A stretch of DNA of 64,000 nucleotides from an uncultured virus (IMG/VR IMGVR_UViG_2585427945_000001) (IMGVR_UViG_2585427945_000001); one strand, 5' to 3'; counted from the first letter of the stretch, positions 27,642-40,246 are shown. Notes: generated by a model from the letters alone, not told the origin. Numbers and translations are program-made.

Positions 27642-27824
27642 TTACTCGTCGTCGCCGACGGTCGAGAAGAACGTGACGTCGTCCATGAATGTCTCGTACT
27701 CGCCGTCGGCCTTGTCGTCACCGAGCAGGAGAGCGGTCCGCACGTGCTCCCGCGCCTGCTCGATCGTCATGGAGTCTGTGCCGAGTACGTCCAGGAACGC
27801 CGTGAACTCGATGCGCTGCTTCAC
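27642..27824 (-). CDS. Small hypothetical protein
   Basis: GTGA overlap with the resolvase stop. Confidence 0.55.
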   Translation of the reverse strand: MKQRIEFTAFLDVLGTDSMTIEQAREHVRTALLLGDDKADGEYETFMDDVTFFSTVGDDE

Positions 27825-28231
27825 GCTGCTGCCCTCCGGTGCTCCTCGTCGATGTCGTACCAGCGGTCGAAGGCGGCGTCCTTCAACGCCTCCTCCATGT
27901 CCCGCATGCGGTTCATCAGCCGCACGTCCGTCGCCACGTCGCGCACCACGTAGCCATCGGCCGTGCCTTTCATCCGTCGCTTCACCACCGCGCAGCCGTA
28001 CGGCTGGCCGGCGTTGACGGCTTCCCGGTTGGCCTGCGCTACGTAGGAGGAGAGGGTGATGGTCTTCTCCGCCTTCGCCTCCAGGGCGTGGAGGTAGTAG
28101 CCGTCGATGTCGCCGATGTCGAGCCGGCCCATCTGCGCGTTCCTCCGGGCGCCCGGGTTGTGGTGCTCCCGGAGGTAGGCGGCGAGGGCGGACTCCCACG
28201 CGGTGCCCTTAGCCTTCGCTGGATTCGCCAT
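27821..28231 (-). CDS. Holliday junction resolvase-like PD-(D/E)XK nuclease
   Basis: KAKGTAWE...DIGDI....LEAKAEK. Confidence 0.8.
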   Translation of the reverse strand: MANPAKAKGTAWESALAAYLREHHNPGARRNAQMGRLDIGDIDGYYLHALEAKAEKTITLSSYVAQANREAVNAGQPYGCAVVKRRMKGTADGYVVRDVATDVRLMNRMRDMEEALKDAAFDRWYDIDEEHRRAAA

Positions 28232-31200
28232 CGTCACCCCACTTCACCCAGACCTCGAAGAGGATGCTGTTCTCCTGGTAGTCGACGCGCCTTGGCTCGT
28301 CCTCGACGATCCACGAGTGGCTGCCGTAGGTCAGCCGGTCGCCGATCTCCTTCGCCACCTGTGCCCGTACGGCCGCCTCGATCTCCGCGACGAATCCCGC
28401 TTGCCGGTACGCCTTGTCGCCGTACCAGGCGTCGAAGACCTCCCACACGGCGGGGGAGATCTCGAAGTCCTCGCCGTCGATCTGCATCGTCATGACGACT
28501 CCTTCCGTCGGTCGCGCATGCGGATGATCCGGGATACCGCCTGGTCATGCCGGCGGTAGTTGCCGAACGGGACGCGCTTGTCGTTCACGAGGTCCCAGAC
28601 GACGTAGAGGGGGTAGTCACAGCCGAACGACAGGGCGACGGCGTCAGGCTGCTTAATGCGGATCTCGTAGTCACTCGTCCCGGACACTGGCAACCCCCCT
28701 CCCGCGCGATCTCCGCGGACTCCTGGTAACAGCCCCACTCTTCGCGGCTGATGCCTTCGTCGGAGGTGCGGAGTTCGCGGCCCCGGTTGTTGATCTCGTC
28801 GGCGATGGTGCAGCGGAGATGCCGCTCCTTCACCTCCCATGCCGCTCGCGCCTCTTCGACGCCACGGCGGAACCAGTAGCCGGTCATGCCGTTCCACTCG
28901 CCTTCGAGCGCGAGCGGGACGGGGAGGCCTTGGTAGGTGTCCGGGATGGCTGTACCGGTGACTCCGTCGGCGATCATGCGCCTTCCTCCTTCCTCCTTCC
29001 TCCACGGCAGGTCCGCGAGCTGCGTACCCGACTCCACGCGGTACAGCAGCTCCCATCCGCCCCCGGTCCGGCCGTAGATCTCGCCTCCGCGGGCGCCCTC
29101 GAACTCCTCGTAGCCGACGGCCAGCTTCGCCAGCCCGATGCCCGCGTGGAGCTTCACCACCGGCCGACGGTCGGGGACGATGGAGGCGAAGGGCTCGGCC
29201 TTGAGCTTCGCGCGGTACGGGGCGCACTGATCTTCCATGTTCATGCGCGCTCCTCCCGCAGCTTCAACGCTCGCCCACGGATCCGATGGGCGAGCTTCCC
29301 GTAGACCCTCTCCGACGTCGGATCGGTGGCACTCCAGTAGGCCTCAAGGACTTCGTTCGCCAGCTCCTCCAGCACGTCGGCTGTCTGCGCCCGCACCGCC
29401 GCCTCGAACTCGTCCAGGAACACGGCGAGGCTCATCTCATCGCCCGTGTCATATGGATCGAAGTACGCGACCGCCTCTTCTCGCGTCACGCTGCCGCCTC
29501 CCAGAACCGGAGGAAGTTCTCCACCTCTTCCGGGTACCGGTCCACGCCGGTCCCCTCGCCGCACTGGAGACCCTTGTGGGTGTCGTAGTCCAGCTCCGCG
29601 ACGTACGCGCGGAGGGTGCGCTCCAGCCGGGCGGGGTCGAGGTCGGGGCGTATCTCGGTGAGGGGGCCGTGGTCGACTCGGGCGTCTTCGATGCTGCACT
29701 CGCAGTCATTCGAGACTGGCGACCCATTCGCCCGCTCCGTCAGCCGCAGCATGCCCGGCTCGTACTCGGTCCAGGTGTCGCCGTCGCAGTCCTTGAACTG
29801 TCGCTCGCTCACTGCTTTTCCAGCTCCCTCATGAACTCCTCGGTGAGCCAGCCCCACGAGGCGTACACGCTACGCGGCTGGCTGAAGGTGACAGGCTCGT
29901 CGTCGGGGACGGCCCGGACGATGCGGAGGGTGGGGTCGTGGTTCACGAGCCGCCCCACTTCTTCGTCTCAGGGTCGCGCTCGTCGAACGGCTCCCATGCG
30001 AGGGAAGCGCGCTCGATGTAGGTGCGCACTACGCGCGCTGCCGAGCCTCGCGCAGAAGCGTCGCGGCTGGCCTGCCGCCTGGCGTTCTCGGCAGATTGGT
30101 ACGGCCCACGAACGTCGGTGAGGATCTGCCCCTCCCACTCGTCCAGGAATTCCGGGGCGCTGTACCGCGTCTGGTACGTGTACTCCGGGTTCCGCTTCCG
30201 ACGCTGGTACTCGACCACCGAGCGCCACTGCTCCATGTCGTTGAGGCTGCCGTTCGTCGCCATCAGCCCGCCTCCCCCGCCACGTACGCAGGCACGGTGC
30301 CGTCTGCCTTGCGGAGTACGAGGACGTTCGAGCCGACCTCACTGCGCTTCGCTCCGCGGTCCCAGTTGGAGGCCGTTACCTCCATCATCGGCCGACCCGA
30401 CGGGGCAAAGTAGACGACGCCCAGCTTGAAGTAGCTGGATGACGATGCGGCGGAAAGGACGTAGTCCCCCTCTTCGATGGGGGTTCCGAAGCTGTCTTTC
30501 ATCAGACCTCCTCCCAGCACGCCGGCTGGATCTCAACGAGCGGGCCGAAGGTCGCCTCAACCTCCGCCGGGTCCATCGACAGTCCGACCGCCGGGACGTC
30601 GTCTTCCACGGTCGGATACGAAACGAAGAAGATCGCGTCTCCGCGGTGGCCCGTGAGCCAGATCGCACCGTCGACGTCCTTGTAGAACGGCATCAGTTCC
30701 CCTCTCGATTGATCACGTCAACCACGGCCCCGCGCACGAACGCGACACCGACGGCCTCCCAGTACTTCGCGAAGTCCTTGCGCTCCGTCGCGCTCCTCCG
30801 CACTCGGATCACAGCCTCTTCGCCGGCGGCCCTGATGTCGCCCAGGGCCGGGGCGTTGGCGGCGTCGATGGTGTGGATGGCGGTCATGAGGGGACCTTGG
30901 TGAGGGGGCGATAGCTCATGACGTAGTCCAGGGTGCAGCCGTCGTCGATGTCCTCGGGCTTGTGGTATCCGTCCCCGATCACCTCGCCATCAATGCGCGC
31001 GAAGTACCAGGTGTCGTTGTCCCGGTCGGTGTACGTCGCGCCCAGGTCGTATGTCACGCCGTCGTACTCGAACGTGTCGGCCGCCGGGGCGGGCTGCTCA
31101 GCGGCGGGCTTGGCCAGCGCCTCGTAGACGCGGTACACGGTGCCGCTCACCGACGTCTTCTCGATGTGCTGCCGTAGTTCGTCCGCCTCGTCCTCCGTCA

Positions 31201-32392
31201 GCGTGAGGACAACGACCGTCTCTTCGATGGTGCGCGTGCGGGTCTCGTACTGTGCGGTTGCCATGGGTTCTCCTCGTAGCTAGTTCGGCGCGTCTTCAAG
31301 GCTCTCGGTGGGGAACTGGATGGTCCGGAAGTCGTCGGTCGTCTGGCCGTTGCGGATCTCCCACAGCTCTCCGCGCCAGATGATTACGCCGTCGTCATCG
31401 CACAGCTCGAAGCCGTCTTTGCGTGCCGCCCAGATAGCAGCCTCGATTGCTCGGGCGTGGTGCTCGATGTCAGCCATACGCGGCATCCTCTCCCTCTCCT
31501 ACGCACTCAGCCCCCGGGCCACGTGGGCGCCGGGGGCGGGGTGGTTACTGCTTGGTGAAGGGGGCGTAGGTCACGCCCTCGTACGTCCACGCATCATCGG
31601 TCGTCTCGTCGACGGGGGTGACTTCGGCGGCGTAGACGTCGCCGTTGTCGAATCCGAGGTCGATCCGGTACAGGTGCCGGTCACCCTCGACAGCGCGGAA
31701 GTCCCCGGTGTTGCTCGTGACAGTCCCGACCTGGCCGTGGGTGTACCCTGCGTACGTCGCCCGGTCCACCCGCACGCGGGTGCCGACGGGGACGAGGGCG
31801 GTCGGCTCGACCTTGGTGAGCGCGTCGGCCCGCGACCAGAGGTGAGTTCCGTCGGCGCGCTTCAGAACCCAGAACTCTGCGGAGATGCCGTTGAACGGGC
31901 CGGCGGAGGCGGTGTACTCGTCGTCGAATCCCATCGTCACCCTGTCGCCGACGGCGAACCTGGGCAGCGCCTCCAGGTCTGTCCTACGCGCCGTGTCCTC
32001 CCGCCCGTCCTCGCGACGGACTACCACCCAGAGGAAGCCCGACGGACTGGTGAACGGCCCGTAGGTGACTTCTACCTCGTCACCGCGCAGGAGCGCCCTG
32101 TCCCCTACCTTGTACTCGCTCATGCCTGTCCCTCCGCGTCACCGATGACGACGACGTGTTCGGCGCCGATGGTGCGGAGAGCGAGCGTCTTGCGGGCGCT
32201 GATGCCCGACTCACGCCCCGTGGGGCGGACGGTCAGGACCGGGACAACCCGTCCGGCCGCGCGGTTCGTCTTGGTCTCCACGACCACGGCCTCCGTCACG
32301 CGGACACGGTTCCCGCGGCGGGTGGAGAAGGTGATGAGCTTGCCGGGGCGGATCTCCGCACCCGTGAAATCCGTCAGGGGTGTGCGTGCCAT
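28209..32392 (-). other. Cluster of about 13 small, tightly overlapping hypothetical early genes
   Basis: Examples: 28209-28493, 29943-30263, 30263-30502, 30502-30693, 30693-30887, 30884-31264, 31280-31486, 31545-32123, 32120-32392; ATGA/GTGA overlaps and RBSs. Confidence 0.75.
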
Positions 32393-32393
32393 G

Positions 32394-33365
32394 TCAGTTC
32401 TCCCTTGTGTGAGTGTCTAGCGTGAGCAGGTAGCGGTACGCCTCGTACGCCTGTGCGGGGACGACGCCGTTTCCGATCGCCTTCAACTGCTTGGCCCGGG
32501 GGTCACGGCCCCTCGTCGCCAACCCCGGAACGGCGGTGACCCATCCGTCGGGCAGCCACATCAGCCACTCCGCGAAGCGGGCCGTCAGTCGGCGTCCTCC
32601 TCGCGGACCGGTCTCCGTCGGTGCCGGGGCGGGCCGGCCACTCAGGTGCTCTTGGCGTCGGATGGCCGGGAGGTAGTCACCCCACCACTCGGCAGGCGAG
32701 TAACAGCGGTTCGAAGGTTCTCCCCGCCCTTCCGGTGCGGGCTCGTCCCCGCTCCCCCCGTCCCGTCCGACCCAAGTTGTGCCGTCGGGGTCTTCAGGAC
32801 GAGCGCCACCTCCGACAGAGGCCGGCTGTTCGTCCCGTGCAGGTTCGACGCTCCCGACTTCCAGTCGCGGGCCGTCGGCGTCGGCAGGGTAGGCGATGGC
32901 GAACCAGCGGTCCCGGTGGTGGGCGGCGCCCACGTCGGAAGCTCGTAGGCATGTCCACCGGACGTCATACCCGATCGCGGCCAGGTCGGCGACGACTTGC
33001 CAGAGCCCCCGCGACCGGATGGCGCTGACGTTCTCCAGGAAGACGAGTCGCGGTCGAAGGACGCGAATCGCCTCAATGACGTTCCGATAGATGCCAGACC
33101 GGTCACCGTCGATCCCCTCCCGGGGTCCTGCGTTGCTGATGTCCTGACAAGGCCAGCCAGCAACGACCTTGGTGACCTTGCCCACGAGCTGCGCCCAGTC
33201 GTACGTCGTGATATCGCCGATGTTCGGTACGTCGGGCATCCGGTGGGCGAGGATCTTGCACGCTGCCTCGTCGACCTCCGCAACGTACGCCACCCTGTCG
33301 TCGGTCAGTGCCTCAACGGCCATCCCGAGCCCGCCGTACCCGGCGCAGAGTTCAAGGATCGGCAT
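32394..33365 (-). CDS. DNA cytosine-5 methyltransferase
   Basis: Motif I ELCAGYGG, IV GWPCQD, VI LENV, VIII AHHRDRWF, IX RLTARFAEWLM, X KAIGNGV. Confidence 0.93.
   Translation of the reverse strand: MPILELCAGYGGLGMAVEALTDDRVAYVAEVDEAACKILAHRMPDVPNIGDITTYDWAQLVGKVTKVVAGWPCQDISNAGPREGIDGDRSGIYRNVIEAIRVLRPRLVFLENVSAIRSRGLWQVVADLAAIGYDVRWTCLRASDVGAAHHRDRWFAIAYPADADGPRLEVGSVEPARDEQPASVGGGARPEDPDGTTWVGRDGGSGDEPAPEGRGEPSNRCYSPAEWWGDYLPAIRRQEHLSGRPAPAPTETGPRGGRRLTARFAEWLMWLPDGWVTAVPGLATRGRDPRAKQLKAIGNGVVPAQAYEAYRYLLTLDTHTREN
32642..32968 (-). CDS. Alternative-frame ORF nested in the methyltransferase, encoding TRD-like repeats
   Basis: LPTPTARDWK...LSEVAL and LKTPTAQ...LRTAVTRL, out of frame with the catalytic motifs; start uncertain. 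Confidence 0.55.
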   Translation of the reverse strand: MTSGGHAYELPTWAPPTTGTAGSPSPTLPTPTARDWKSGASNLHGTNSRPLSEVALVLKTPTAQLGSDGTGGAGTSPHRKGGENLRTAVTRLPSGGVTTSRPSDAKST

Positions 33366-33397
33366 CTCTCCTCTTTCGTGTGTGTATCCTCGTGACC

Positions 33398-33436
33398 ACG
33401 GCGCCCCCTCCGACCTCTACTCGGAAGGGGCGCCGT
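33398..33436 (-). terminator. Hairpin with GUAGAGG loop
   Basis: acggcgccccctccga-cctctac-tcggaaggggcgccgt. Confidence 0.65.
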
Positions 33437-33453
33437 TCGTGATGTTCGGTAGG

Positions 33454-34224
33454 TCAGGCAGCCGCAGGCAGGTCCGCCGGCTGCGCCGCCTCGTAGACGC
33501 CCAGAACGTCGACGACGGGGCGGTTGTACGAGACGTCCCTGCCGGCCTTCGTCGTGTACGCCACGTGCTCGATCGCCAGCGTGGCCCGCACCGGACGGCC
33601 CGGGTCGGTCACCTTGCCGTCGGCGTCCTCCTCGCGCCCGCCCACGGTGTCGATGGCCTCGATGATCTCGTGGAGCACGTTGACGAGCGACCAGCCGCCG
33701 GAGTTGAAGCGGAACTTACCGATCTCCGGCCGCTCGGCCAGGGCGAACACGATGTCGATGCTCGGCTTCGGGCCCTTGCCGCTCTTCGCACGCGCCTTGC
33801 GGTCCTCCAGGAGCGCGGGGCAGCCGCACGAGGTACCGACCAGCGTCGGGTCGTCGTCGGAGAGGTACTTGACGCCGTCGCAGTGGTGCGTCAGGCCGGA
33901 GAAGCCGAAGAGCTTCATGCTCGCGTCGATGGCGTCGGAGTTCGCGATGACGATCTCCACCGACTTCGACGTGGTGAGCACCTGGAGGGTGTCCTCCTTC
34001 TCCGTCTCCCACTCCTCGGCCTCGCCGCCCATGAGTTGCGAGATGACCTCGGCCACCATCGGGTCGCCGGTCGTGACCCGCCATTCGTTGAGGCTCTCCG
34101 GCTGCTTGCCGACGAGGCGGCCGGCACGGAAGCGGCCCACGATGTCGTCGGAGAACGACTGCTTCCTCGGCTTCGGCTTGGCGTCGGGGTCGGTCTCGAA
34201 GATGTTGAACAGGTTGTTCGCCAT
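33454..34224 (-). CDS. Recombination directionality factor / ssDNA-associated protein (phiC31 gp3-like)
   Basis: DDIVGRFR.G, WRVTTGD, HHCDG, CGCP, F.LA..PEIGKFRF.SG.W; resemblance to phiC31 gp3 is from memory. Confidence 0.85.
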   Translation of the reverse strand: MANNLFNIFETDPDAKPKPRKQSFSDDIVGRFRAGRLVGKQPESLNEWRVTTGDPMVAEVISQLMGGEAEEWETEKEDTLQVLTTSKSVEIVIANSDAIDASMKLFGFSGLTHHCDGVKYLSDDDPTLVGTSCGCPALLEDRKARAKSGKGPKPSIDIVFALAERPEIGKFRFNSGGWSLVNVLHEIIEAIDTVGGREEDADGKVTDPGRPVRATLAIEHVAYTTKAGRDVSYNRPVVDVLGVYEAAQPADLPAAA

Positions 34225-34279
34225 GTGTGCGAGTGCCTTTCGTAGGTGGCGTGTCGAGCGGGCGTTCCCCGCTGCCTTA

Positions 34280-34311
34280 GTTATGGAGGGGTGAGCCGCA
34301 GATGTTTCACG
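34280..34311 (-). promoter_or_regulatory. Phage-specific promoter motif upstream of the RDF gene
   Basis: Same 32-bp motif as 21295-21326. Confidence 0.75.
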
Positions 34312-34316
34312 GAGAC

Positions 34317-37300
34317 TCAAGATCTTTTGAGCCGGTAGACCTCGTCGCCGTCGACGGTGCCCACGCACTCCAGAGGGCTCACGTAAGTCGACTTGCGTGA
34401 GGTGTCCAGCTCCGTGCGGAGCCGTGCGATCTCCGCGTCCTTGAGGGCCAGGGCCTCCGGGAGGAACCGGGCGTTGTCTGCCGCACGGCGCCGGGCGGAA
34501 AGCCAGGCAAGGCGGTAGCGGCGGGACCGGGAACGCTCGTCACAGAGCTGTGCCCATGTGCTGAGTGCCAGACCCCACATGCGGCGACGGGCGGCCCGCT
34601 GGCGAGCGACCTCGGTGCGGGCCAGAGCGAAGTCGCCGGGGAGCGGTGTCACAGCGCCTCCACCTCCAGCCAGATCCGGAAGACCTTCGGGTCGGACGGG
34701 AACGGGTCGCACGTCTCCACCTGAACGTCGATCGAGCGGTCGTCCTCGCCCACGGCCCGAAGGGTGTACTTCTGCTGCGGACCCTCCTCCGGAACGGTGT
34801 AGCCCTTGATCCATTCGGCCAGGGTTCCAAGTGCGTAGGCCTGGACGTCGGTCGTCAGGTCGATGGGGTCTGCCATGCTTCCTCCTCTACAACCATGTGT
34901 GCCTTGCTGAGCGCCTCCGCGATGACCGTCGCCCACTTCTGCCGACGGGCCTCCACGAGGCGCCAGAAGGGGCCCTCATGGGCTTCGATGAGTTCCGCCG
35001 TCGTCGGTCCTGCACCCGCGAGGGCGCCAACCCAGTAGCCGTCGTACCGTTCCGCCCGAAGACGCTGGGCGTACCGCTGGTACATGCGGAGCTTCTCCCG
35101 GGCCTGGACCAGGTCCCACGCCACCCGGTCGTTGTAGGTCCGGTCCCAGAGCCGGTCACCTCCGATGCCGTAGCCCTCACAGTCCAGGCAGCGAGCGGCA
35201 CGGCCGTGCCAGGGCATCTCGCGGAAGTCGCGCCGGTCCTTACGGCGCCGGCACAGGCCGACGCAGAGCAAGGTGTTCTTGCCGTTCGGGTGGTCGCGCT
35301 CGAACTGGTCGCGGACGGCGTCGGCGAGGGTATAGGTCACGCTGCCCCCACCCTCGCCAGCATCGCCGCGAGCCATGTGGCGGCCAGGTGCTCCGCCACG
35401 GTCGGCGACCACCCGCGGGCGATAAGGTCCGCCTTCATGCCGTCGGCGATGTCGACGAGCGGCTCCACGAGCGTCGCCCGGATCTCCAGCAGTCCGTTCG
35501 CCCATGCCTCCCGCTGCTCGTCGACGGACGGTGTCGGTGCTCCAAACATCAGCGACCTCCCCGCGGGTCGTGGTCTCCGAGGAACTTGGTAGTCGCCCGG
35601 TACGCCGCACGTTCTGCGGCGGCCCCCTGCCACCGCTCGAACACACGCGTGCATGCTCCGACGATGGATTCCTCTGCCGACTCCCCCGGGTCGTGGTGAA
35701 CGTAGGCATCCTCCACGAACGTCGACCGCCACCGGCCCTTCTGGTGCCGGATCTCCACCCTCAGGTTAGAGATGGACGTCTCTCGGACCCGGTAGAAGTA
35801 ACCCTCCGGCAGCTCCGGGGCGCCGGCGGCTACGAGTTCGGCCATGCTCACCACGCCACCTCCAGATCCGCGCGCAGGGCGGTAGCCGGGTCCCAGTCCG
35901 CCATGTCGCCGAAGTCGCGCACGAGCCCCAGCGCGCGCCGGATGAGTTCCAGCTCCGCGAGGGTCAGCTCCACGTCGACGGTGCCCGTGCTCTTGATCTT
36001 GGCCATCAGTTCTCCTCCGTCTTCCACAGACGTGCTTCACGGCGTCGGACGATGCGGCGGAACCACGGCCCCTTGTCGCCCTCGTCGGCGTACCTGTGCG
36101 GGATGATGCGGCTTGCGGACATCAGCCCGTTGGGACGGCCCGCGCGGTTCTTTCGGCTGTGCCACCGTGACCGACCGGTCCCGGGAACGGGAGTGCTCAT
36201 CACTCCTCGCCCCCTTCTAGGAAGCGCGCCACCTGGAGCACGTCGTACACGCCCACGGTGTCGTCCCATCGCAGGTCGTTCACGAGCGCGTGGGCCCGCC
36301 GGAACAGGTCCACGCGCTCCATCTCGGCTTCCACGGCCGCCAGTTCGGGCGACGGTTCGCCGGCGTCGATGGTGGCCATTAGACGCCCTCCTCCAAGATG
36401 TCGATGATGCGCCGGAGCTGATCAGCCGTCAGAGTCTGGACGCCCGCCTGGGACAGCCCCTTGTCGCGCATGACGGTACGAAGCCGGTCCCGCTCCGCAC
36501 CGTCGGCCAAGCCCTCTCGGGTGGTGAGGTATCGCAGGCCGACACCCTCCTTGTTCGCACCGCTGTGCCGCCGAAACCGCCCCCGGGCACCACGCACGGT
36601 CAGGTACAGGCGGCCGACGGACGCCACGGTGACAGGCCGGGGCGAACAGCGCTGTTCGCAGAGCATGACCTCGTCGCCTACGGCCAGATGTGTCAGGTCA
36701 GGCACGGGGGTCCTCCACGTCGTCCTCTTCGTCCTCCACGTCGGGGTCGACCATGTACGAGGCATCGAGAATGCCGTCTCCGTAGCCGCCGACCTCACAC
36801 TCCGGGTGGCTGCGGATCTTCCGCGCTGCACGGCGGAGCGTCTCTTCCTGCACCTCCTCCAGCGCGCGGCTGCACAGCTCCAGCCACTCGTCGGAGCCGT
36901 CGGCGTTGACGAGTTCAGCCCATGCGCTCACGGGTGCACCTTCCCAAGGCGTCGGTCCAGCTCTTCACGAATGATGCGGCGGAGAAGCTGCTCCTGCGTC
37001 TCCGGCTCCCGGACCCAGCCGTTGGTGCCGGTGTCCCAGACCTCCAGCGGGCCGAACTCCTCCCGCACCGTTTCGAGCGGCAGTGCATCCCACATGTCGC
37101 GGGTGGCGTAGCCCTCGTCGATGGCGTCCCAAGACCACTGGTCGCCGTCCTTGTCGCGGTAAGTGTTGCTCATGCCGCATCCACCTCCCCGTCGGTGTAA
37201 CCCTTCGCGTAGCCGGCTTCGTACGCATCGCTTCCGACCTCGCTCTCCATCTCCCCCAGGAACTGGCTCACGTCGTCCTCGTCCATGACGACGGTGCTGA

Positions 37301-39344
37301 TCGTCTCCCCCCGGGGGTTGCGGGTTTCGAGGTCGAACTCAATCCCGCGGCGGGTGATGGTGACGGTGGAACCGTTGGCGGTGTGGACGGTCTGACTCAT
37401 GCGGAACATCGGTGTCTCCTCTGCTCGGTGCTTACACGCCCGAAGCCCCCGGCGCCGAAGCAACCGGGGGCTGGGGTGGTTCACGTGTGTCGACTTGCGT
37501 GGGCGGGCTAGACCATGGGGTTATGCGGAAGGTCAAGCGTCTTCCACCGCAGAGGCTCTCCACGGCCGTCGACGTCGTTCAACTCCAGGAACCGAGTCCC
37601 CCGCCCGAAGCCGTCGTCCAAGAACAGGCCGGCGTCGGCTGCGGCCTTGATCGCCACTTCGATGGCGGCTGCGTGCTCTTCGAGGGTCACGCCTCGTCCT
37701 CCTTCAACCGGTTCAGCACGTCGGCCGCGAGCTGCGCCGTCTCCCGGGACGTGTACCGCGTGACTCCCCACGACTGTCGGGCACCGTTGCGCCGAGCCAG
37801 GAGAAAGTCGCCGTGCTCCTCGGTGACGACGTACGTCGCCCGGTCGTTGCGGGCCTTGCGCTCTGCCTCCAGAGCCTCGGTGTACACCTCGGACGTCATC
37901 AGTGGCCTCCAGTCGACTGTGAGGGCGGGCAGGCAGACCGGTGACACTGGTGGGTCCAGCACCAGTCGGGGGAGCGCATCTCTTCTTCGGTGGCGCGGGT
38001 GGTAGGGGTCACGTGGCAGCCCCCGCCTCGTCCAGGTCCTTCACCGTGATGTTGAAGCCATAGCCGTAGTAGAAGGGGTTACCGCTGCTCCAGCCGACCT
38101 CCAGCTTCAGGACATCGCCCATGTCGGCGTAGATGTGCCACGTCGAGAAGCCGTCCGTGGTGCCCACACCCGTAATGATGTGGTCCACCTTGTCGGGGTC
38201 CAGGAGGAAGCTCTCCAGGGCGGTGTACGCACAGCAGTCGTCGGTGTCCTGAAGTTCGACGCGCTTGCCGTTGTCCAGCGTGATGACGAGCGCGTCCGAC
38301 GATCCGCCCCACCACGTCGGGGTTGCCGTGCGCTCGGCACTCACGATGCGGTGACCGACCACCGCCTCCCGCAGGGAGTCGACGTTGTCCGGCATCGTGC
38401 CGTCATCGTCGTGCTCGCGCAGGGTCTCTTCCGGGTACATGGTCATGCTCTCTCCTCATCCCACGCCGAAGCGGGGGCGCCCACGTCGGACGCCCCCGGG
38501 CAGTACCGTGTGCTACTTGCGGAACAGCCGCCGGACGAAGCCGGCCGCCATGTTCAGCCCGAGGACGAACAGGACCGACGTCCCGTAGCCGATGGCGGGG
38601 ACAGCGATGAACGCTCCGTGCACGGCGCCCATGACGAGCATGAGGATGAACGCCTGGATGGGCAGGGCAGCGATCAGGACGACGCAGGTGACGGCCACTA
38701 CGGCGCCCTGCGCTCCGGGCTGCTGAGTCACCATTCCTGCTCCTCCGCTTCGTCGGCCAGCTTGATCAGACGCAGCCCCAGGAGACGCGCCTCGTCGGGT
38801 GTCATCGACGAGTGAAGCCACGAGTCAGGGTCCCGGAACTCCACGACAGGCAGGGTCACGATGCCGCCTTCGGCGTAGGGCTCGCCGACGTCGTTACCGT
38901 ATGCGTTCATGCGCTCTCCCCCTTGAGTCGCGCGATCTCTCGTGCCTGGCTGACGATGGTGGCTCGGAGTTCGTTGACATCGTCCAGACGAGCCGCCAGC
39001 ATCTCCGCCCCTGGCCCCTCCAGCCGCATGCTCGCGGGCTTGGACTCGTAGGCGGCCCTGTAGCCGTCGCGCTCCTCCCTCAGTGCCTTCGCAGCAGCCA
39101 CCACCCGCCGCATGTTCGCCGGGTCCCAGACCGACATGCGCGGCCCGGTGTCGCCCAGGACGACGCCCAGTGCCACGGCGACGTCACCGACGACTCTGCG
39201 AGCCTGGCCTCCGATCTCGTTCTCCTTGTACATCGCCGCCTCTGCGGCCGACTCCAGGCGGTCGATGGTGGCTCGGACTTCGGAGTCCCGGTACCGCGTA
39301 CGCTCGCTGCTGAAGGCGGTGAGCAGCTCGCTCAAAGTCCTCAC
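34317..39344 (-). other. Cluster of about 18 small hypothetical early genes
   Basis: Examples: 36200-36379, 36698-36931, 36928-37173, 37170-37409, 38009-38446, 38728-38910, 38907-39344, and a membrane ORF ending at 38513; overlapping starts and stops. Confidence 0.7.
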
Positions 39345-40144
39345 GCCGCACGCCTCTCGGTCCCAGTGAGACGAACCCCGCCCTGGACGATCGGCTTGCC
39401 GACGACGCCCTTCTTCCCTTCCCGGTCCCACTCGAACACGGCCCGGAGCGCCTTGAAGACCTCGTGGACCTCCGGTCCACACTCAATGGGGTGGAAGGCC
39501 CATGCCTCCGGCCGGACGTGGAGGACAGCTCCGCCGACGATCTCCGGCATCGGGATGGACTCCCCCGTGTCGGCCAGGATGATGCGGCTGGCGTACCGGT
39601 AGGCGGAAAGCTGGAGCGCCACCGACTCGTAGACCGCCTTGGAGGTCTTCCAGTCGATGATCACGATCTCCCCGTCTACCTTCGCAATAGCGTCGAAGGA
39701 ACCGGCCACCTGAAGGTCGTCGTCCCAGACGGTCTCCTCGAAGTAGAGGAACTCCGGCTGCACCTCGTCGAGGAACTCGCGAAAGTGCTGCACGTGAGGC
39801 TGCACGTCGGCGTGCACGTGGCGCAGGTTGACGCTCTCGCCCCGCGCGAGCTTCTCGAAGTAGGTGTGGGCCGACGATCCCAGGTCGCTCGCCGCCTTGC
39901 TCTTGCGACGATGAGCATTTTTCAGGTAGTCCATCGCGCCGGCCGGGTCCCGCTCGACGAGCTTGTTGACGATGTCCCAGTTGTCGATCGCTGCCTGTGC
40001 GGCCTCCTTCGCCGCCCAGAAGACCAGGAACGGCTTGGGCTCCATCCCCACGACGCTTGTCACGCCCGGGACCTTGATCCGGCCGTCGTCGGGGTCGACG
40101 TAGAACCTGCTGCCGCCCCTCTTGATCGTGCTTACGCCTGCCAT
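39341..40144 (-). CDS. PD-(D/E)XK exonuclease (RecE/Cas4-like)
   Basis: PGVTSV, LGSSAH..FE, AGSFD...IIDWKT, LQLSAY. Confidence 0.88.
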   Translation of the reverse strand: MAGVSTIKRGGSRFYVDPDDGRIKVPGVTSVVGMEPKPFLVFWAAKEAAQAAIDNWDIVNKLVERDPAGAMDYLKNAHRRKSKAASDLGSSAHTYFEKLARGESVNLRHVHADVQPHVQHFREFLDEVQPEFLYFEETVWDDDLQVAGSFDAIAKVDGEIVIIDWKTSKAVYESVALQLSAYRYASRIILADTGESIPMPEIVGGAVLHVRPEAWAFHPIECGPEVHEVFKALRAVFEWDREGKKGVVGKPIVQGGVRLTGTERRAA

Positions 40145-40183
40145 GTGGCCTCCACCTCGTTGGCGTGTCTCCCTTACGCCTTA

Positions 40184-40215
40184 GTTATGGAGGGGTGCGG
40201 CGAGAATGTTTCACG
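40184..40215 (-). promoter_or_regulatory. Phage-specific promoter motif heading the early operon
   Basis: Same 32-bp motif. Confidence 0.75.
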
Positions 40216-40246
40216 GGTGACCCAAGATCTTTGAGGAAGTTCCGGA

